Assembly (NCBI GenBank): GCA_019649675.1
Contig: BOWN01000001.1
Span: 463,263 to 527,262 of the forward strand
DNA: 64,000 bases
Source: Cryomorphaceae bacterium
Lineage (GTDB): Bacteria > Bacteroidota > Bacteroidia > Flavobacteriales > UBA7430
Reading direction: 5' to 3'
Shown here: piece after piece, positions 35,943 through 49,391 of the stretch
Numbering within the stretch: position 1 is the first letter of the stretch
Layout: each line of letters opens with the position of its first letter
The notes under the pieces: model-generated
The model's input: the letters and a program-made list of their open reading frames with translations, nothing else
Database searches by the model: none
What the model was told of the DNA's origin: nothing
Position numbers and translations under genes: made by a program

Positions 35943-36616
35943 ATGCTTTGTGGGCGAGCGAGTAAGGCTTCTGCAAAAATGAAATCCTCTGGAGTAGTCA
36001 ATTTAATATTAGTCCGATCACCTTTAAAATGGTGCACCTCTTTGCCCATCGCTTCAACCACAGAGGCGTCGTCCGTAAAGGTTACTTTTTCATTTTGTAG
36101 ATAGGCATTCTGAAGCAATTCTGATGAAAAACATTGTGGTGTTTGTACTGTGTAATACTTGCAACGATCTAAGGCTTTACTTCCCCTTTTATCAGATTTA
36201 CGAATCGACTCTAATACTGGGCAAACCGGAATCACAGCACTATTAGATTCCGCATCATTATATAACTTTTGAATGAGATCTGGATGGATTAAAGGTCGCA
36301 CACCATCATGAACGGCAATAATACCCTTCTCTTTACAATGCACTAAACCATTTTTCACTGACTGAAACCTGGTTGTCCCACCTTCACATATTTGGTGTGA
36401 AATTTTAAATTGGTGTTTATCACAAAGGTTAGTCCATACATTGTGATACGATTTTGGTAATACAACAACAATACAAATCGAGGACGCTGCTAAGAAGAAC
36501 TTTTCAATTGTATGCATCAATACAGGCTTCTGGTTCAACTCCAGGAATTGTTTAGGAACAGGGCTTTTCATCCGTTGGCCGCTTCCTCCTGCAACTATTA
36601 TTGCGTATCGTTTCAT
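35939..36616 (-). CDS. ispD: 2-C-methyl-D-erythritol 4-phosphate cytidylyltransferase
   Basis: AGGSGQRM...PKQF, VHDGVRP, QTPQ, TDDAS, NIKLTTPED. Confidence 0.95.
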   Translation of the reverse strand: MKRYAIIVAGGSGQRMKSPVPKQFLELNQKPVLMHTIEKFFLAASSICIVVVLPKSYHNVWTNLCDKHQFKISHQICEGGTTRFQSVKNGLVHCKEKGIIAVHDGVRPLIHPDLIQKLYNDAESNSAVIPVCPVLESIRKSDKRGSKALDRCKYYTVQTPQCFSSELLQNAYLQNEKVTFTDDASVVEAMGKEVHHFKGDRTNIKLTTPEDFIFAEALLARPQSI

Positions 36617-36700
36617 TTTCTGATTAAAGTAACTACAATTAAAACAAAAAAGCTAAAAGATCAGACAACTCTTAGCTTCTTAGTAATATTTCTTACCCAA

Positions 36701-37750
36701 TTACAAAATCAGCATGGCGTCACCGTAAGTAAAAAACTTATATTTTTCTTTTATCGCTTCAGCATAAGCCTCTTTTAACAGATCAAAACCACAAAAGGCA
36801 GCTGTATGCATCATTAATGTTGACTTAGGAGCATGAAAATTAGTAATCATGCAATTTGGTATTCTAAAATCATAAGGCGGAAAAATGAATTTGTTTGTCC
36901 AACCTTCATATGGATTTAAGGTACCATGTGTAGAGACTGAACTTTCTATTGCTCTCAAAGATGTTGTTCCAACAGAACAAATTTTTCGGTTTTCTTTAAG
37001 TGCCTTATTTACAGTATTACAGGCTTTTTCACTAATCGAAATTTGCTCAGATTCCATCTTGTGTTTAGACAAGTCTTCTACCTCTACAGGCCGGAAAGTA
37101 CCAAGGCCGACGTGTAAAGTTACTTCTGCAATATTGACGCCTTTGATCTCAAGACGCTTTAAAAGGTGTCTACTAAAATGCATCCCAGCAGTTGGAGCGG
37201 CAACTGCGCCTTGTTTTTTTGCATAAACCGTTTGAAATCTAACATCATCATCTTCATCTGGTTCGCGATTTAAATACTTTGGAATTGGTGTTTGTCCTAG
37301 TTCATCCAATTTTTCTCGAAATGCTTCGTAAGGCCCATCAAATAAAAATCGTAATGTTCTACCTCTTGAGGTCGTATTATCGATAACCTCAGCTACTAAT
37401 GAGCTGTCTTCACCAAAGTATAATTTATTCCCAATACGAATTTTTCTAGCAGGATCAACCAAAACATCCCATAGGCGATTCTCTTTATTTAATTCCCTCA
37501 ATAAAAAAACCTCTATTCGTGCTCCTGTTTTTTCTTTATTACCGTACATGCGGGCAGGAAAAACTTTTGTGTTATTCAATATGATAACATCTTGATCATC
37601 AAAATAATCAATAACATTTTTAAATTGACGGTGCTCAATTTTACCGGTATCTCGATGTACCACTAGCAACCTAGACTCATCCCGATTTTGAGGTGGTCTT
37701 TTAGCCAACAATTCTTCCGGCAGGTCAAAGTTGAAGTGGGAAAGTTTCAT
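36701..37750 (-). CDS. queA: SAM:tRNA ribosyltransferase-isomerase
   Basis: [32 protein letters not shown]. Confidence 0.97.
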   Translation of the reverse strand: MKLSHFNFDLPEELLAKRPPQNRDESRLLVVHRDTGKIEHRQFKNVIDYFDDQDVIILNNTKVFPARMYGNKEKTGARIEVFLLRELNKENRLWDVLVDPARKIRIGNKLYFGEDSSLVAEVIDNTTSRGRTLRFLFDGPYEAFREKLDELGQTPIPKYLNREPDEDDDVRFQTVYAKKQGAVAAPTAGMHFSRHLLKRLEIKGVNIAEVTLHVGLGTFRPVEVEDLSKHKMESEQISISEKACNTVNKALKENRKICSVGTTSLRAIESSVSTHGTLNPYEGWTNKFIFPPYDFRIPNCMITNFHAPKSTLMMHTAAFCGFDLLKEAYAEAIKEKYKFFTYGDAMLIL

Positions 37751-37817
37751 TTTGGTAATCATAGAAAATCTCTTTTTAGGCTCGCAAATATAGGAAATAA
37801 AATACGTTATTACGAAA

Positions 37818-38513
37818 TTAAAGCGACTTGATCATCTGCTGAAAATCATTAATGTCGATTGCGTTTTTTATGGTCTCCGTTCCAATTTTTGTTCTTTGTA
37901 ATTGACACAACCAAGCTCCAGTGTTCATCGCTTTCCCAAGGTCATGAGCAAGGGAACGAATATAGGTGCCCTTACTGCATAAAACACGTAATTTTATATA
38001 TGGTAGGTCCATACTTATGATCTCGAGTTCATTAATACGAATTATTCGTGGTTTAATTTCTACTTTATTTCCCTTTCTTGCAGATTCATAAAGCTTTTTA
38101 CCTTTTAGCTTAATCGCTGAAAAGATAGGTGGAAGCTGTTCTATTTCTCCAATAAATCTATTACAAACGCTTATTATAAGTTCTTTTGAAATATGTTTTG
38201 TAGGGTAAAAATAAGTCTCTTCCGTTTCGCCATCGTAGCTGGGTGTTGTTGCTCCCAACTTTAACGTTGCTATATATTCTTTTTCAGCAGCCTGATGCTG
38301 ACTAATTTCCTTAGTTTTTTTACCGGTACAAATAATCATTAGACCTGATGCTAAAGGATCCAATGTGCCTGAATGACCTACCTTAATTTTTTTTATACCA
38401 AGCTTCCTTTTTATTAGCCAACGCAATTTATTTACTAGCTGAAAGCTAGTCCAATGAAGAGGCTTATTAATTAGTAAAACTTCGCCTTCTAAAAACTGAA
38501 ATGTTTTTTTCAT
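37818..38513 (-). CDS. truB: tRNA pseudouridine(55) synthase
   Basis: [28 protein letters not shown]. Confidence 0.96.
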   Translation of the reverse strand: MKKTFQFLEGEVLLINKPLHWTSFQLVNKLRWLIKRKLGIKKIKVGHSGTLDPLASGLMIICTGKKTKEISQHQAAEKEYIATLKLGATTPSYDGETEETYFYPTKHISKELIISVCNRFIGEIEQLPPIFSAIKLKGKKLYESARKGNKVEIKPRIIRINELEIISMDLPYIKLRVLCSKGTYIRSLAHDLGKAMNTGAWLCQLQRTKIGTETIKNAIDINDFQQMIKSL

Positions 38514-38966
38514 TCAATATAAATTGCTAATTCTCGGCAAATCTTTTCTAGCAGTTGTTGGTCGTCTTGTTTAAAGGCTGCAGGTGTATGAGAATCAATA
38601 TCAATTTGCCCAACAACAATTTGGTTTTTTATAATGGGAACAACTATTTCAGACTTAACATAAATACTACAAGCAATATAATTTTTTTCTTCTGCAACAT
38701 CGTCGATCACAAATGTTTTTGAGCTTCTGCTGCTTGCCCACAAACACCCTTGCCATATGAAATAGAAGTGTGTTCTGTTGGTTCTCCATAAAATGGTCCT
38801 AAATGTAGTTTTTTATTTTTCACATCCGAAAGATAAAATCCTACCCAATCGTATGCCGGCATTTGACTTCCCAGAAATTGCAAATGGCTTGCATTTTTTC
38901 CTTTAATGTAACTTGAGAATGAATTATTGTTTCACATTGAAACCATATGTCTTTGCAGTTACTCAT
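38510..38966 (-). CDS. GAF-domain protein, fRMsr/MsrC-like (frameshifted)
   Basis: YDWVGFY, LGPFYG..HTSISYGKGVCG, YIAC...SEIVVP..QIDIDS. Confidence 0.8.
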
Positions 38967-40241
38967 GCTTCAATTTCTTGAAGGGTTTCTTCGAGTGCAA
39001 AAGAGTTTTATCAAGCAATTCTTTTGTGTGTGATCGGGATATAAAGAGAGCTTCGAAGGCTGAAGGAGCCAAATATACACCGCGTTTTAACATGCCATGG
39101 AACACCTTTTTAAAATAATTGGCATCTGCAGCACATGCATCATCAAAACAGGCAACCTTAACGCTATTAAAATGAAAACTCAGCATTGACCCAACTCGAT
39201 TAATACAAACTTTCAATTTGAACTTTTCAAACACTCGACGCATTCCTTCTTCTAAATATTTAGTCTTTTCTTCAAGATCTTCAAAAATAACTTGGTGCTC
39301 ATGGAGTTCCTTCAAAAGTGTATAGCCACAGGTCATAGCTAGAGGATTTCCGGAAAGGGTTCCGCTTGTAAACGGGGCCAAGTGGTGCAACCATGTTCAT
39401 GATTTCTTCTTTACCACCAAAAGCTCCTACAGGGAGTCCTCCACCGATTACTTTACCTAAACATACCATATCTGGTTGAATGTTATACTTTTGGCTAGCG
39501 CCTCCGGGTGACAAACGGAATCCTGTCATGACTTCATCAAAAATCAAAACTGCACCATGCTTGTCACAGAGCTTTCTTAAGGATTCTAAAAACCCTTTTG
39601 GGGTGGTATGCAACCCATGTTTCCAGCAACAGGTTCCAATATGATCGCCGCAACTTCTCCTTTGTTTTCGTTGAGTATCTGTTCTACATGATTAATATCA
39701 TTGTAACGCGCGAAGTAGAGTATCTTTTGCTGTTCCTCTAGTAACCCCAGGTGAGTTTGGTACACCTAAAGTTACGGCTCCAGACCCGCTTTTATGAGAA
39801 AAGGGTCTGCGTGGCCATGGTAACAACCTTCGAACTTTATAAACTTTTCTCGGTTTGTATATGCGCGTGCTACTCGGATGGCGCTCATACAAGCCTCTGT
39901 ACCTGAATTACCATACGCACTTTGTCAACACAATGCATCATCGTACAAATAAGTTCCGCAATTTTTGTTTCTAGCTCTGTTGGCGTACCAAAGGATGTCG
40001 ACTTATCAGCTACATTTTTAAAGCTTCTATTACGGTGGGTGTGCGTGGCCGAGGATCATAGGCCCCCAAGAACCAATATAATCGATGTATTCTTTTCCCT
40101 CAACATCAATCATGATGGCACCCTTGGCTTTCTTAAAAAAACAGGTGTGCCGCCTACTGATTTAAAGGCGCGGACTGGAGAATTAACACCGCCAGGAATA
40201 AATAACTGTGCTCTTTCAAAAAGATCTTTAGTGGTCTTCAT
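38959..40241 (-). CDS. hemL: Glutamate-1-semialdehyde 2,1-aminomutase (many indels)
   Basis: [48 protein letters not shown]. Confidence 0.93.
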
Positions 40242-40297
40242 AAACTGGTTTTTACACTTGCTATAGATGCAAGAATTTATCTCTCGTTTACAGGCTT

Positions 40298-41280
<983 letters not shown>

Positions 41281-41329
41281 ACGAATATATTTAATTGCAA
41301 AAATACGTTGAATTCCTGAATGTCTATAA

Positions 41330-41810
41330 TTATAAACTGATTTCGTGCATAGCCATTTGCTTTTGCTTAATCTCACCCGTACCTATGCGTAATATAAGCG
41401 TCTGGCAAGCTTTGTGAAAATCTTCCACTAAATTCTCAACAACAAAAAGGCGTTGGCCTTCTATAACTTCAAGATGCGCACCTTTATTGTTCTTTCTGTT
41501 TGCTAATATTATGAAACCTCCAGTAGTGACTAAATGACTCATGTTACACCTGAACTGCTTGTAAAGCCAATCTCGGTCTGTAAGCTCTTGGTATTTGTTT
41601 TCAAAAAGCTGATCTATGGCTAAATGAAATCTTTTTTCGATTGGACTTTGCCCCCAAAGGCTTTTTATCCAAAAACCCGCCAAGTGTTTCAATCCCTTGG
41701 CTGATTAGAAGAAAAACTGGGAAATAAAATTCGGCATCAAGTAAGTTTTGACTTTCATCAATTAACCTCTGCTTTATAAAGTCTTCATTTCTCATAAAAA
41801 TATCATGCAA
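41330..41810 (-). CDS. Hypothetical protein, possibly HEPN-like (one frameshift)
   Basis: Two overlapping ORFs that join; contains FLLISQGIETLG and LYKQFRCNMSH. Confidence 0.55.
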
Positions 41811-41869
41811 TGGGTAAAGCTTAAAAAATAGAGTCTATTCTAAAATACACTTAGACATAAAGGAAAATC

Positions 41870-42485
41870 TTATCCATTTATGGCAACTACTTCTTTCACC
41901 AAGGTCGGTAGCATTTTTTTGAGTAAGTTTTCGATACCCTGTTTAAGGGTTACCGTAGATGATGGACAGCCACTACATGCGCCCTGAAGCAAAACCGATA
42001 CGACACCTTCTTCATAAGACATGAACCGAATATTTCCGCCATCAGATTCTACGGCAGGCTTAACAAATTCATCAAGAATATCTACAATACGGTTTCTACT
42101 TCTCCCAACTCTTGCTGATTTATAGGTGTAACTGTTTCGGTTGACTCTTTAGAGGTCTCTTTTGTCTGAACTCCTCTATTTCATGAACAACAACACTACC
42201 CTCGGCTAAATATTCTCGAATAAATTCTCTGACTTCCATAGCGACATCCTCCCATTCCATGGCGTCATATTTTGTTAACGAAACAAAATTTTTAGCAATA
42301 AAAACTTCCCTAACAAATGGAAAGTGAAATAATTTCATAGCTAATGGTGAGTTTTTAGCCTCATCTATATTCATAAATTCAACACTGTCACCTTGAATTA
42401 TAGCCCTATTGGCTACAAACTTCATGACTTTCGGGTTAGGTGTCGATTCAACATAAACCGTTGTCGCTATTTTATTCTCACTCAT
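41870..42485 (-). CDS. NifU/Nfu family Fe-S scaffold (frameshifted)
   Basis: ESTPNPKVMKF; second frame PAVESDGGNI...GACSGCPSSTVTLKQGIE. Confidence 0.92.
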
Positions 42486-42524
42486 CTTGTTTATTTTTAC
42501 ACAAAATTACAAATAAGTACAGAT

Positions 42525-43039
42525 ATGACACTAATGAAAGCAATAAAAGGTAAAAGTCCGAAGTGGGGGAAAAACTGCTACATGGCAGAAAATGCAACGC
42601 TCGTTGGAGATGTTACTATGGGAGATTATTGTAGTCTATGGTTTAACGCAGTTGTTCGTGGTGACGTACACTATATTAAAATTGGTAATGAAGTCAATGT
42701 GCAAGATGGTGCTGTGATTCATTGTACCTATAAAAAGCACCCAACAAAGATCGGCAATAAAGTATCTATCGGGCACAATGCATTAGTTCATGGCTGCACA
42801 GTACACGACAATGTTCTAATTGGAATGGGTGCAACTGTTATGGATAATTGTGTGATACACTCCAACAGCATCATTGCTGCTGGAGCAGTTGTTCTAGAAA
42901 ATACAATTGTAGAATCGGGCAGTATTTATGCCGGGGTTCCTGCTAAAAAGTTAAAACCTTAAACGAAGAACAAATAGCAAGTCTTATTGAGGGAATCGCA
43001 AATAATTACGTCGTATATGCTAGCTGGCTTGAAGAATAA
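42525..43039 (+). CDS. Gamma carbonic anhydrase family protein
   Basis: VVRGDVHYIKIG, NVQDGAVIH, GHNALVHGC hexapeptide repeats. Confidence 0.92.
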
Positions 43040-43044
43040 AAGAT

Positions 43045-43562
43045 TTAAACTTCAAGAGGAAATTCACTTATAATCTGTGCTACCCAAGTATCAATCCTTT
43101 CATCGGTTTGCTCGAACTGGTTGTCCTCATCAATAGCCAAACCTAAAAAAATACCCTCTTCCAATTCGGCCTTAGATTCTGTGTGTTCATAACCTTCAGT
43201 AGACCATTTACCAACAATCTTTCCACCGTTTTCTATAACCACTTCCCCTATAATTCCAACACCATCAATAAAATAATCACAATACACATACTGATCTCCT
43301 AAGCCAAAAAGAGCTACCGTTTTACCTTTAAAGTCAACCTCTTTAAACTCTTCAAAAAACGTATCCCAGTCACTTTGAAGTTGTCCATCGTGCCAGGTTG
43401 AAAGACCTAAAATGATTTTGTCATACTGATCAAAATCTTCTTTTTTAGCATCATACATATCAATAAGATAGACGTTTTCATTGCTAATTTTACTTCTAAT
43501 TTTATGCGCAACACTTTCTGTGTTTCCTGTGTCTGAACCAAAAATAATCCGATTTTTTCCAT
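43045..43562 (-). CDS. fldA: Long-chain flavodoxin
   Basis: GSDTGNTE, STWHDGQLQSDW, FGLGDQ, GLAIDEDNQ. Confidence 0.9.
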
Positions 43563-43681
43563 TGTTGATTTAATTTAACACAAAATTAAACAATCTTAAT
43601 TATTTATCCTCATAAATATATGTCTCGTATTCGTATTCTTTCGTAATTTTACAATAGTATTAAAAACGTAAAAAAAAAAAT

Positions 43682-44095
43682 ATGTATCCAGAACAAATGG
43701 TGGCGCCAATGCGTCAAGATTTAACTCAAGAAGGAGTTATTGAACTGCGGACAGCTGAAGAAGTAGAAAAACTATTAAGTACTGAAAAAGGTACAGTACT
43801 TGTTGTGGTGAACTCTGTTTGTGGTTGTGCAGCAGGAAATGCAAGACCGGGTGTTAAGTCAGCGATAAAAAATGCTAATAAACCAGACCATATTACAACT
43901 GTTTTTGCCGGAGTAGACAAAGATGCAGTTGCTAAAGCGCGCGAATATATGGTTCCCTTCCCTCCTTCTTCACCGAGTATCGCACTATTTAAAGGTGGAG
44001 AGGTTGTTCACATGCTCGAAAGGCACCACATTGAAGGTCGTGGAGCGGAAGCAATTAGCGCCAACTTAAAAGCGGCATTTGATGAGTTTTGTTAG
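43682..44095 (+). CDS. BrxA/BrxB family bacilliredoxin
   Basis: VNSVCGCAAGNARP, PPSSPSIALFK, RHHIEG. Confidence 0.92.
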   Translation: MYPEQMVAPMRQDLTQEGVIELRTAEEVEKLLSTEKGTVLVVVNSVCGCAAGNARPGVKSAIKNANKPDHITTVFAGVDKDAVAKAREYMVPFPPSSPSIALFKGGEVVHMLERHHIEGRGAEAISANLKAAFDEFC

Positions 44096-44128
44096 AGGAG
44101 CATTATTTAAAACTTATCTTAACGATAT

Positions 44129-44164
44129 AAAAAAAGCCCATTATTAGATGTAATGGGCTTTTTA
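44129..44164. terminator. Bidirectional terminator
   Basis: aaaaaagcccatta-ttagatg-taatgggcttttt between convergent genes. Confidence 0.8.
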
Positions 44165-44199
44165 TTGTCTAAAATAATCGACTAATAAGTCTATTCAAA

Positions 44200-45919
44200 C
44201 TAGGCTTCGCAGGCGACACAGTCTTTTTTTTGCTTAAATTTTTGTGCTGCATTCATGCTATGCTGATAGTATAGTGATTTGAGTCCCAGTTTCCAAGCAG
44301 TAACATACAAGTTGTTGATATCTTTTATAGGCATATCGGGGTGTACCATAAGGTTAACCGACTGTCCTTGGTCGACATGTACTTGTCTGTTAGCTGCCTG
44401 ATAAATGATGTCCATTTGGTCTATTTCAGAATATGTTTTAAAAACATTTTTCTCGTTTTCAGACAAAAAGTCTAAATGCTGTACAGATCCATCTCTTTCT
44501 CTAATAGAGTGCCAAACTTCGGTTGTATTCTTACCTTTTTCTTCCAGCAAATCCAATAAAAATGGATTCTTGATTGTTGTTTTAATCTTTGCAATATCCT
44601 TTACGTAAATGTTTGACCATACTGGCTCTATACCCTGAGAAACTTGTCCTAAAATAAATGCCGAGGAAGTTGTAGGCGCAATTGCGTTTAAAGTCGCATT
44701 TCTCCGGCCATATCCTTTTAGTACCTCTGGCTCACCAAACATTTCGGCCAATTCTTCGGAGGCTTGGTAAGAACGCTCTTTAATGAACCTGAAAACGTTT
44801 GAATTTAAATCGAACGCTTCTTTGCTGTTAAAAGCAAGCTTTTGAGATTGTAAAAGTGAATGCCAACCTAGAACACCAAGACCTAAAGCACGATTCTCTT
44901 TCGCAAAATTGTAAGCACGCTCCATGAATAAAAAGGTTTGGCGGTCATCTCTGTCTTTAGAGTCTTTGTATCGTTCAAGTTTCTCCAAGAACTCCGTAAT
45001 AACAGCATCCAAGAAATAAACCATTGTTTCTACCGCATCTGTCTCTTTCCACTTGTCGTAATGAAGTAAATTAATTGACGATAAAACGCATACAAAAGAC
45101 CACTTTTCATTAGAAGGGAGCATAATTTCAGTGCAAAGATTACTCGCGTGAATGCGGTGGTCTTTTTCTTTGTATACTTCAGGAGCTCCGTTATTTGCCT
45201 TATCGTTAAAGAAAATATATGGATAGCCTATTTCGCCGCGGCGTTGAATAACTTTAGCCCAAATTTCTCTTTTAGACACATCCCCATCTATCATTTCTTG
45301 CATCCATTTATCAGATACCGTTACACCATGTGTTAATTCCTGAATTGGATTTCCTTCGGTTCCAATATCTAAAAATTCTTCTATATCATTGTGCTCTACC
45401 GGCAAATAAGGCGAAAACCGACCTCGACGAACAGAGCCTTGGCTCACCACATCCACCATTGTCTCAAAAAGTTGCATGATGTGAACTGAACCAGAAGCTT
45501 TTCCATTATTTTTAACGGATGCACCTCGATGTCTGATGTTTCCAAAATATCCGGATGTTCCTCCACCCAACTTCGACATCATTCCAACTTCAGACTGGGT
45601 GTATAGAATGCTACCCATATCATCAGATATATTAGATCCAAAACAACTTATTGGTAACCCGCGTTCTTTACCAAAGTTTGACCATACCGGTGAGGCCAAT
45701 GAAAAAAAGCCTTGAGACATGTAGCTATAAAACTTATCGGCAAATCCATCTATTTGTAGTATTTGCTCTGCGCGATCCGCTATTTCTCTTATGCGCGTTT
45801 CCGGTGTATCACCAGCGGTCAAATAACCAGCCTCTAAAAATGCGCGACTGTGGTCTGTTAACCAATCAAAAGCGACTTTACCTTGTGTTTGTGTTTCGTG
45901 TTTGAAATTGTGTCTCCAT
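44200..45919 (-). CDS. nrdA: Class I ribonucleotide reductase alpha subunit (short, no ATP cone)
   Basis: SPVWSNFG, PISCF, SNLCTEI, APTTSS, KSLYY, C-terminal CVAC; own ATG at 45919. Confidence 0.93.
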
Positions 45920-45920
45920 C

Positions 45921-47193
45921 TTAAAAAAGGTCGTCTGCTGTTATACTTTTTGTTCTTTTTGCTATAATTGATAGATCTTTTTACAAAAGTCTCCTGCTTG
46001 GTTCCAATAATCTCATCATTAAACCATTCAGTATCTTTTAAAAGGGCATCGTCCGTTTCAAAAATTTTGTCTACACCAATACTCTTTAAAGACCTGTTAA
46101 ATCGGTCTTTAATAAACTCCTTTACTTGATTTATTGGAATAAAGTCAAGATCGCCTTTTTCATAGATCCAATCAATAATTTCGCTCTCAGACTTATATGC
46201 CTGTAAACACATGTCTTTAACTCTATTGGCATAATTTTCGTCAAACCAGGATGGGTTTTCTTTTTGAATAATCTTGATTAAGTCAATACCAAAATCACCA
46301 TGAATTTGTTCTTCTTTTGATGTTGCCTCAACCACATTAGAAACCCCTTTAAGTAAATTTCGGTGCTTATTAAAAGCCATAATAATTAAGAACTGAGAAA
46401 ATAGCGAGACATGCTCAATGAATAATGAGAACAATAAAAGTGCATCTGAATATTCTTGGAGGTTTTCGCTCTTAGAACTTGTGAGTGCATTTTCTAAATA
46501 CTGAACGCGTCTCATTATAACAGGTTTCTTTTTTAATTCTTTAAACTCTTTATTCAGACCTAATATTTCAATTAAATGAGAGTATGCATCTGCGTGGCGT
46601 ACTTCACTTTCTCCAAATGTAGCTCCTACTGACCCTACTTCTGGTTTAGGTATTTTATGATATATGTCGCCCCAAAAACTTTTTACTGATACCTCAATCT
46701 GAGAAATGGCAAGCATGGTGTTCTTAATCACTGAGCGTTCCCTGTCAGACAACTTTGCCTTAAAATCTTGAATGTCGCTTGTAAAATTAAACTCTGAATG
46801 AATCCAATATGAGTGACGAATAGCAGAAACATACTCATAAAGCTCTGGATATTCATATGGTTTTAAGTTCAACCTTTTTTCAAAAATATTTCTTTTGCGT
46901 TTTTGGGCTTGTTCATTACGGTAAAGTATGTACGCTTTGGCGACATCCAAAAACTCACTATCCATTAATCTGTGCTCAACGATATCTTGGACCTCCTCAA
47001 TACTCGGCGCATAATTAGAAATTCTTTCGCTGCGTTCTTTAATAATTTCACACACAGTGGCAGACATCCTTTGAGCGTCGGTATGATCACCATGATTTGC
47101 AGATATCATGGCTTTAAAAATTGCTTCTGTAATTTTGTTTGCGTCAAAAACTTCTTTCGAGTCGTCTCTTTTAATGATGTGTTTAATTTCCAT
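45921..47193 (-). CDS. nrdB: Class I ribonucleotide reductase beta subunit with N-terminal ATP cone
   Basis: IIKRD...FDANKITEAI..A...IEEVQDIVE..L (ATP cone); EVRHADAY, EEQIHG; corrected tail SKRTKSITADDLF*. Confidence 0.92.
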
Positions 47194-47514
47194 AGTTCTT
47201 TTATTATATAGCAATATGTATTTCCTCCCTTCCGGGCAAATTATGTTATTGTACTCGTTTAAATCTATAAAATCAAAGATGGTCGAGGGCCAAAAAAAGC
47301 TCACTAAGTCATGAGCATTACAAATATTTTAATAAAAACTTTGTCTTCCAATAGAAGTTTTAAAGTTGGCTTTTGAAGTTTTCAACAAATCATAAATTTA
47401 CATTCGCAATTGCCCAATTTTAATGGGTTATAAATTTTATACCTGTGTTAAAAAGTAAATTTATTTTCTTTTTTCGAACAAAAATTGACTTAAGAAAAAA
47501 AATTAATTATGTGC

Positions 47515-48075
47515 TCATTTTTTTTAAGGTTTTCTGCTGAAAACTCTAAAGGGGTTTTTACCAATCGGTTAAAAATTTTTTTAAAAAGGGGGTTTTTTTA
47601 AAATTTATAGACTGTAACCTTTAATTTTTGCCCCAAATCGCAAGCGGGTTTTTCAAATATGCCAATTGTGGTAGTTCAAAGCATCAAATTCAGGGTAGGA
47701 AGAAATACCCCAAACCCGGGTAAAGTTCCAAAAAGATGGGTTTTTATATTTGATTTTGCCTTCTCCCGGGAAGCGGCCTCAATTGCGCACTTTGCTTTTT
47801 TTTTATCAAAAACATAAACACATTCCGCCGCGCACCAAGGGTGTTTCCTTTTGCCATCTTCTCCAACTACCCCTTGCCTTGGGTTCGACGCCCTTTCCCT
47901 TCTCAGTCATGTAAAGGGTTAACGTCTGCGTATATCAACTCCAAATTTCTAATTCATCCTCGTTGGGGGGCACCGCCATCCCCTAGCCCCACCGCCCCAC
48001 AAGCCCCAGATCGAAAAACAAATTCTTTTTCTAAAAAGGTCTTAAAGAGACCAGCGTATTTTTATTGAAATTATT
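47515..48075 (-). CDS. DUF3109 family Cys-rich protein (heavily error-corrupted; ends approximate)
   Basis: Readable minus-strand fragments EDLxxKEFV, GDGGAP, ELIYADV, PEFDALNYHNWHI, PACDLG, VYKFLK. Confidence 0.65.
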
Positions 48076-48222
48076 TTAAAAAGATACGTTATCATTAGAA
48101 ATGGCCACAATAATTAAATAAAAAAAAAATTGGTGTTAAATTAATTTGATTAATGCAAAATTAAAAAACGAAAAAAGCTTTTGCGGGGATAAACAAAGGG
48201 TTATTTTTTTGAACATTCAATT

Positions 48223-48299
48223 GCCTTGGTGGCGGAATTGGTAGACGCTGGATTAAAAATCCAGTTCTTTCGAGGTGGGTTCGATTCCCACCCAAGGTA
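48223..48299 (+). tRNA. tRNA-Leu (probably CAA; sequence has errors)
   Basis: GCCTTGG/CCAAGGT acceptor stem, TGGCGGAATTGGTAGAC D-arm, CTGGA/TCCAG anticodon stem, long variable arm, GGTTCGATTCCC, discriminator A. Confidence 0.88.
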
Positions 48300-48302
48300 T
48301 TT

Positions 48303-48332
48303 TAACCTTCTCAGAAATGAGGTTTTTTTTTT
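48303..48332 (+). terminator. Hairpin plus T tract after the tRNA; equals the right half of the island repeat
   Basis: aaccttctcagaaatgaggtttttt; the same motif recurs at ~49545, ~54441 and ~55318. Confidence 0.75.
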
Positions 48333-49224
48333 TTAAAAAAGGTCTTTGAGGGTTTTTAGATTTTAATAATTTTCTAGACTGGTGTATCTGGGGCCTTGCA
48401 TTGAGCCACTTTTTGCATTCCCATATTTGATAGTATTTATTTTTTCAGCTTTTGATTTGAAATTTAACTTTACCTTCCTGCGTCTCCGTAAAGGGTCCCC
48501 CAAAAAGGGTACTTCTGCATAATGTGTAATTGCTGAAACTGGAGATGTTTGATAAGCTGCAATATATTTTATTTCATTTTAAAATTTTTCCCCCCAGATA
48601 TTCTTATAGCATAAGGAATTATCTCCAAGAAAAACTCTGTTAAATCCCTCTTTTTTTGCAGGAACAACAATTGGATCAAAACTTTTTTTTTTTATTTTTT
48701 GGTTAACAATAATCTTTTTCCTTTTTTAAAGACCCTTACATTAACTAAAGGAAAAATGCTTAGCACTTCATTTAAAAACTCTTGAATATCTGCTTTTTCA
48801 GACTGGGTTAAAAAATGGTTTTGTTAGGCGTGACAACATTTTAATCTTACATCTTCCGATATCAACAGCTTTTTTTTTTTTAAAACCCATTCCATCCATG
48901 TTATATTAAAATTTTTAAAAAATTATTATTTGATGTAAACCCCCGAAAGTTTTATTCCAAAAAACTTTATTTTTTGATGCGCATCAATTCTGTTTTATAA
49001 CATCCACCTTGACCAATATATATGGTCGGCAAATCATCAGATTCCTCTTCATGTCCGATTAAAATTATTCCTATTTGTGAAAATTATCATTATGTTTTTC
49101 TTACCCCAAAGGGGCTCTGTCTACCTCTAGACCCACCCTGTCCAGTTCTTTTTTGTGATTATTTTAAAGCCCCGGGGTTCCCCTGTTGGGAGAAATAATT
49201 TAATTGTTTTGGCTTTAAGCTCAT
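48333..49224 (-). CDS. GIY-YIG nuclease family protein (heavily frameshifted)
   Basis: Fragments KLFLPTGEPRGFKII, NWTG, IYIGQG, IVVPAKKEGFNRVFLGDN, IKYIAAYQTSPVSAITHYAEV, MQGPRYTSLEKL. Confidence 0.7.
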
Positions 49225-49391
49225 TTTTTTAATTTTTTTAAAAAAATTTGGTGGCACCCAAAGATAGACTTTATACTAAATTGAAACAATATAACTTTTT
49301 TAAAAGGCTTCTAGTCCCTAATTAATAAACTAACGCCATTTTTATTATAAGTATGATTTTATTATTTGTTAAACCCTTCACTTTATGTTGA

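Noticed and set aside
44200-47304. 1034-aa ORF that looks like a natural NrdB-NrdA fusion
   Set aside because: Removing one A from the run at ~45956-45960 restores a normal NrdB tail (SKRTKSITADDLF) with TAA at 45921-45923, followed one base later by an ATG at 45919. The linker in the long ORF is out-of-frame sequence, so compensating indels are the likely cause.
47841-48068. 75-aa Pro-rich plus-strand ORF
   Set aside because: It is the antisense of the corrupted DUF3109-like gene.
48248-48264. tRNA with an AAA anticodon (TTAAAAA loop)
   Set aside because: The body is a class II Leu-type tRNA with other visible deletions in a low-quality region; a miscalled CAA or TAA is far more likely.
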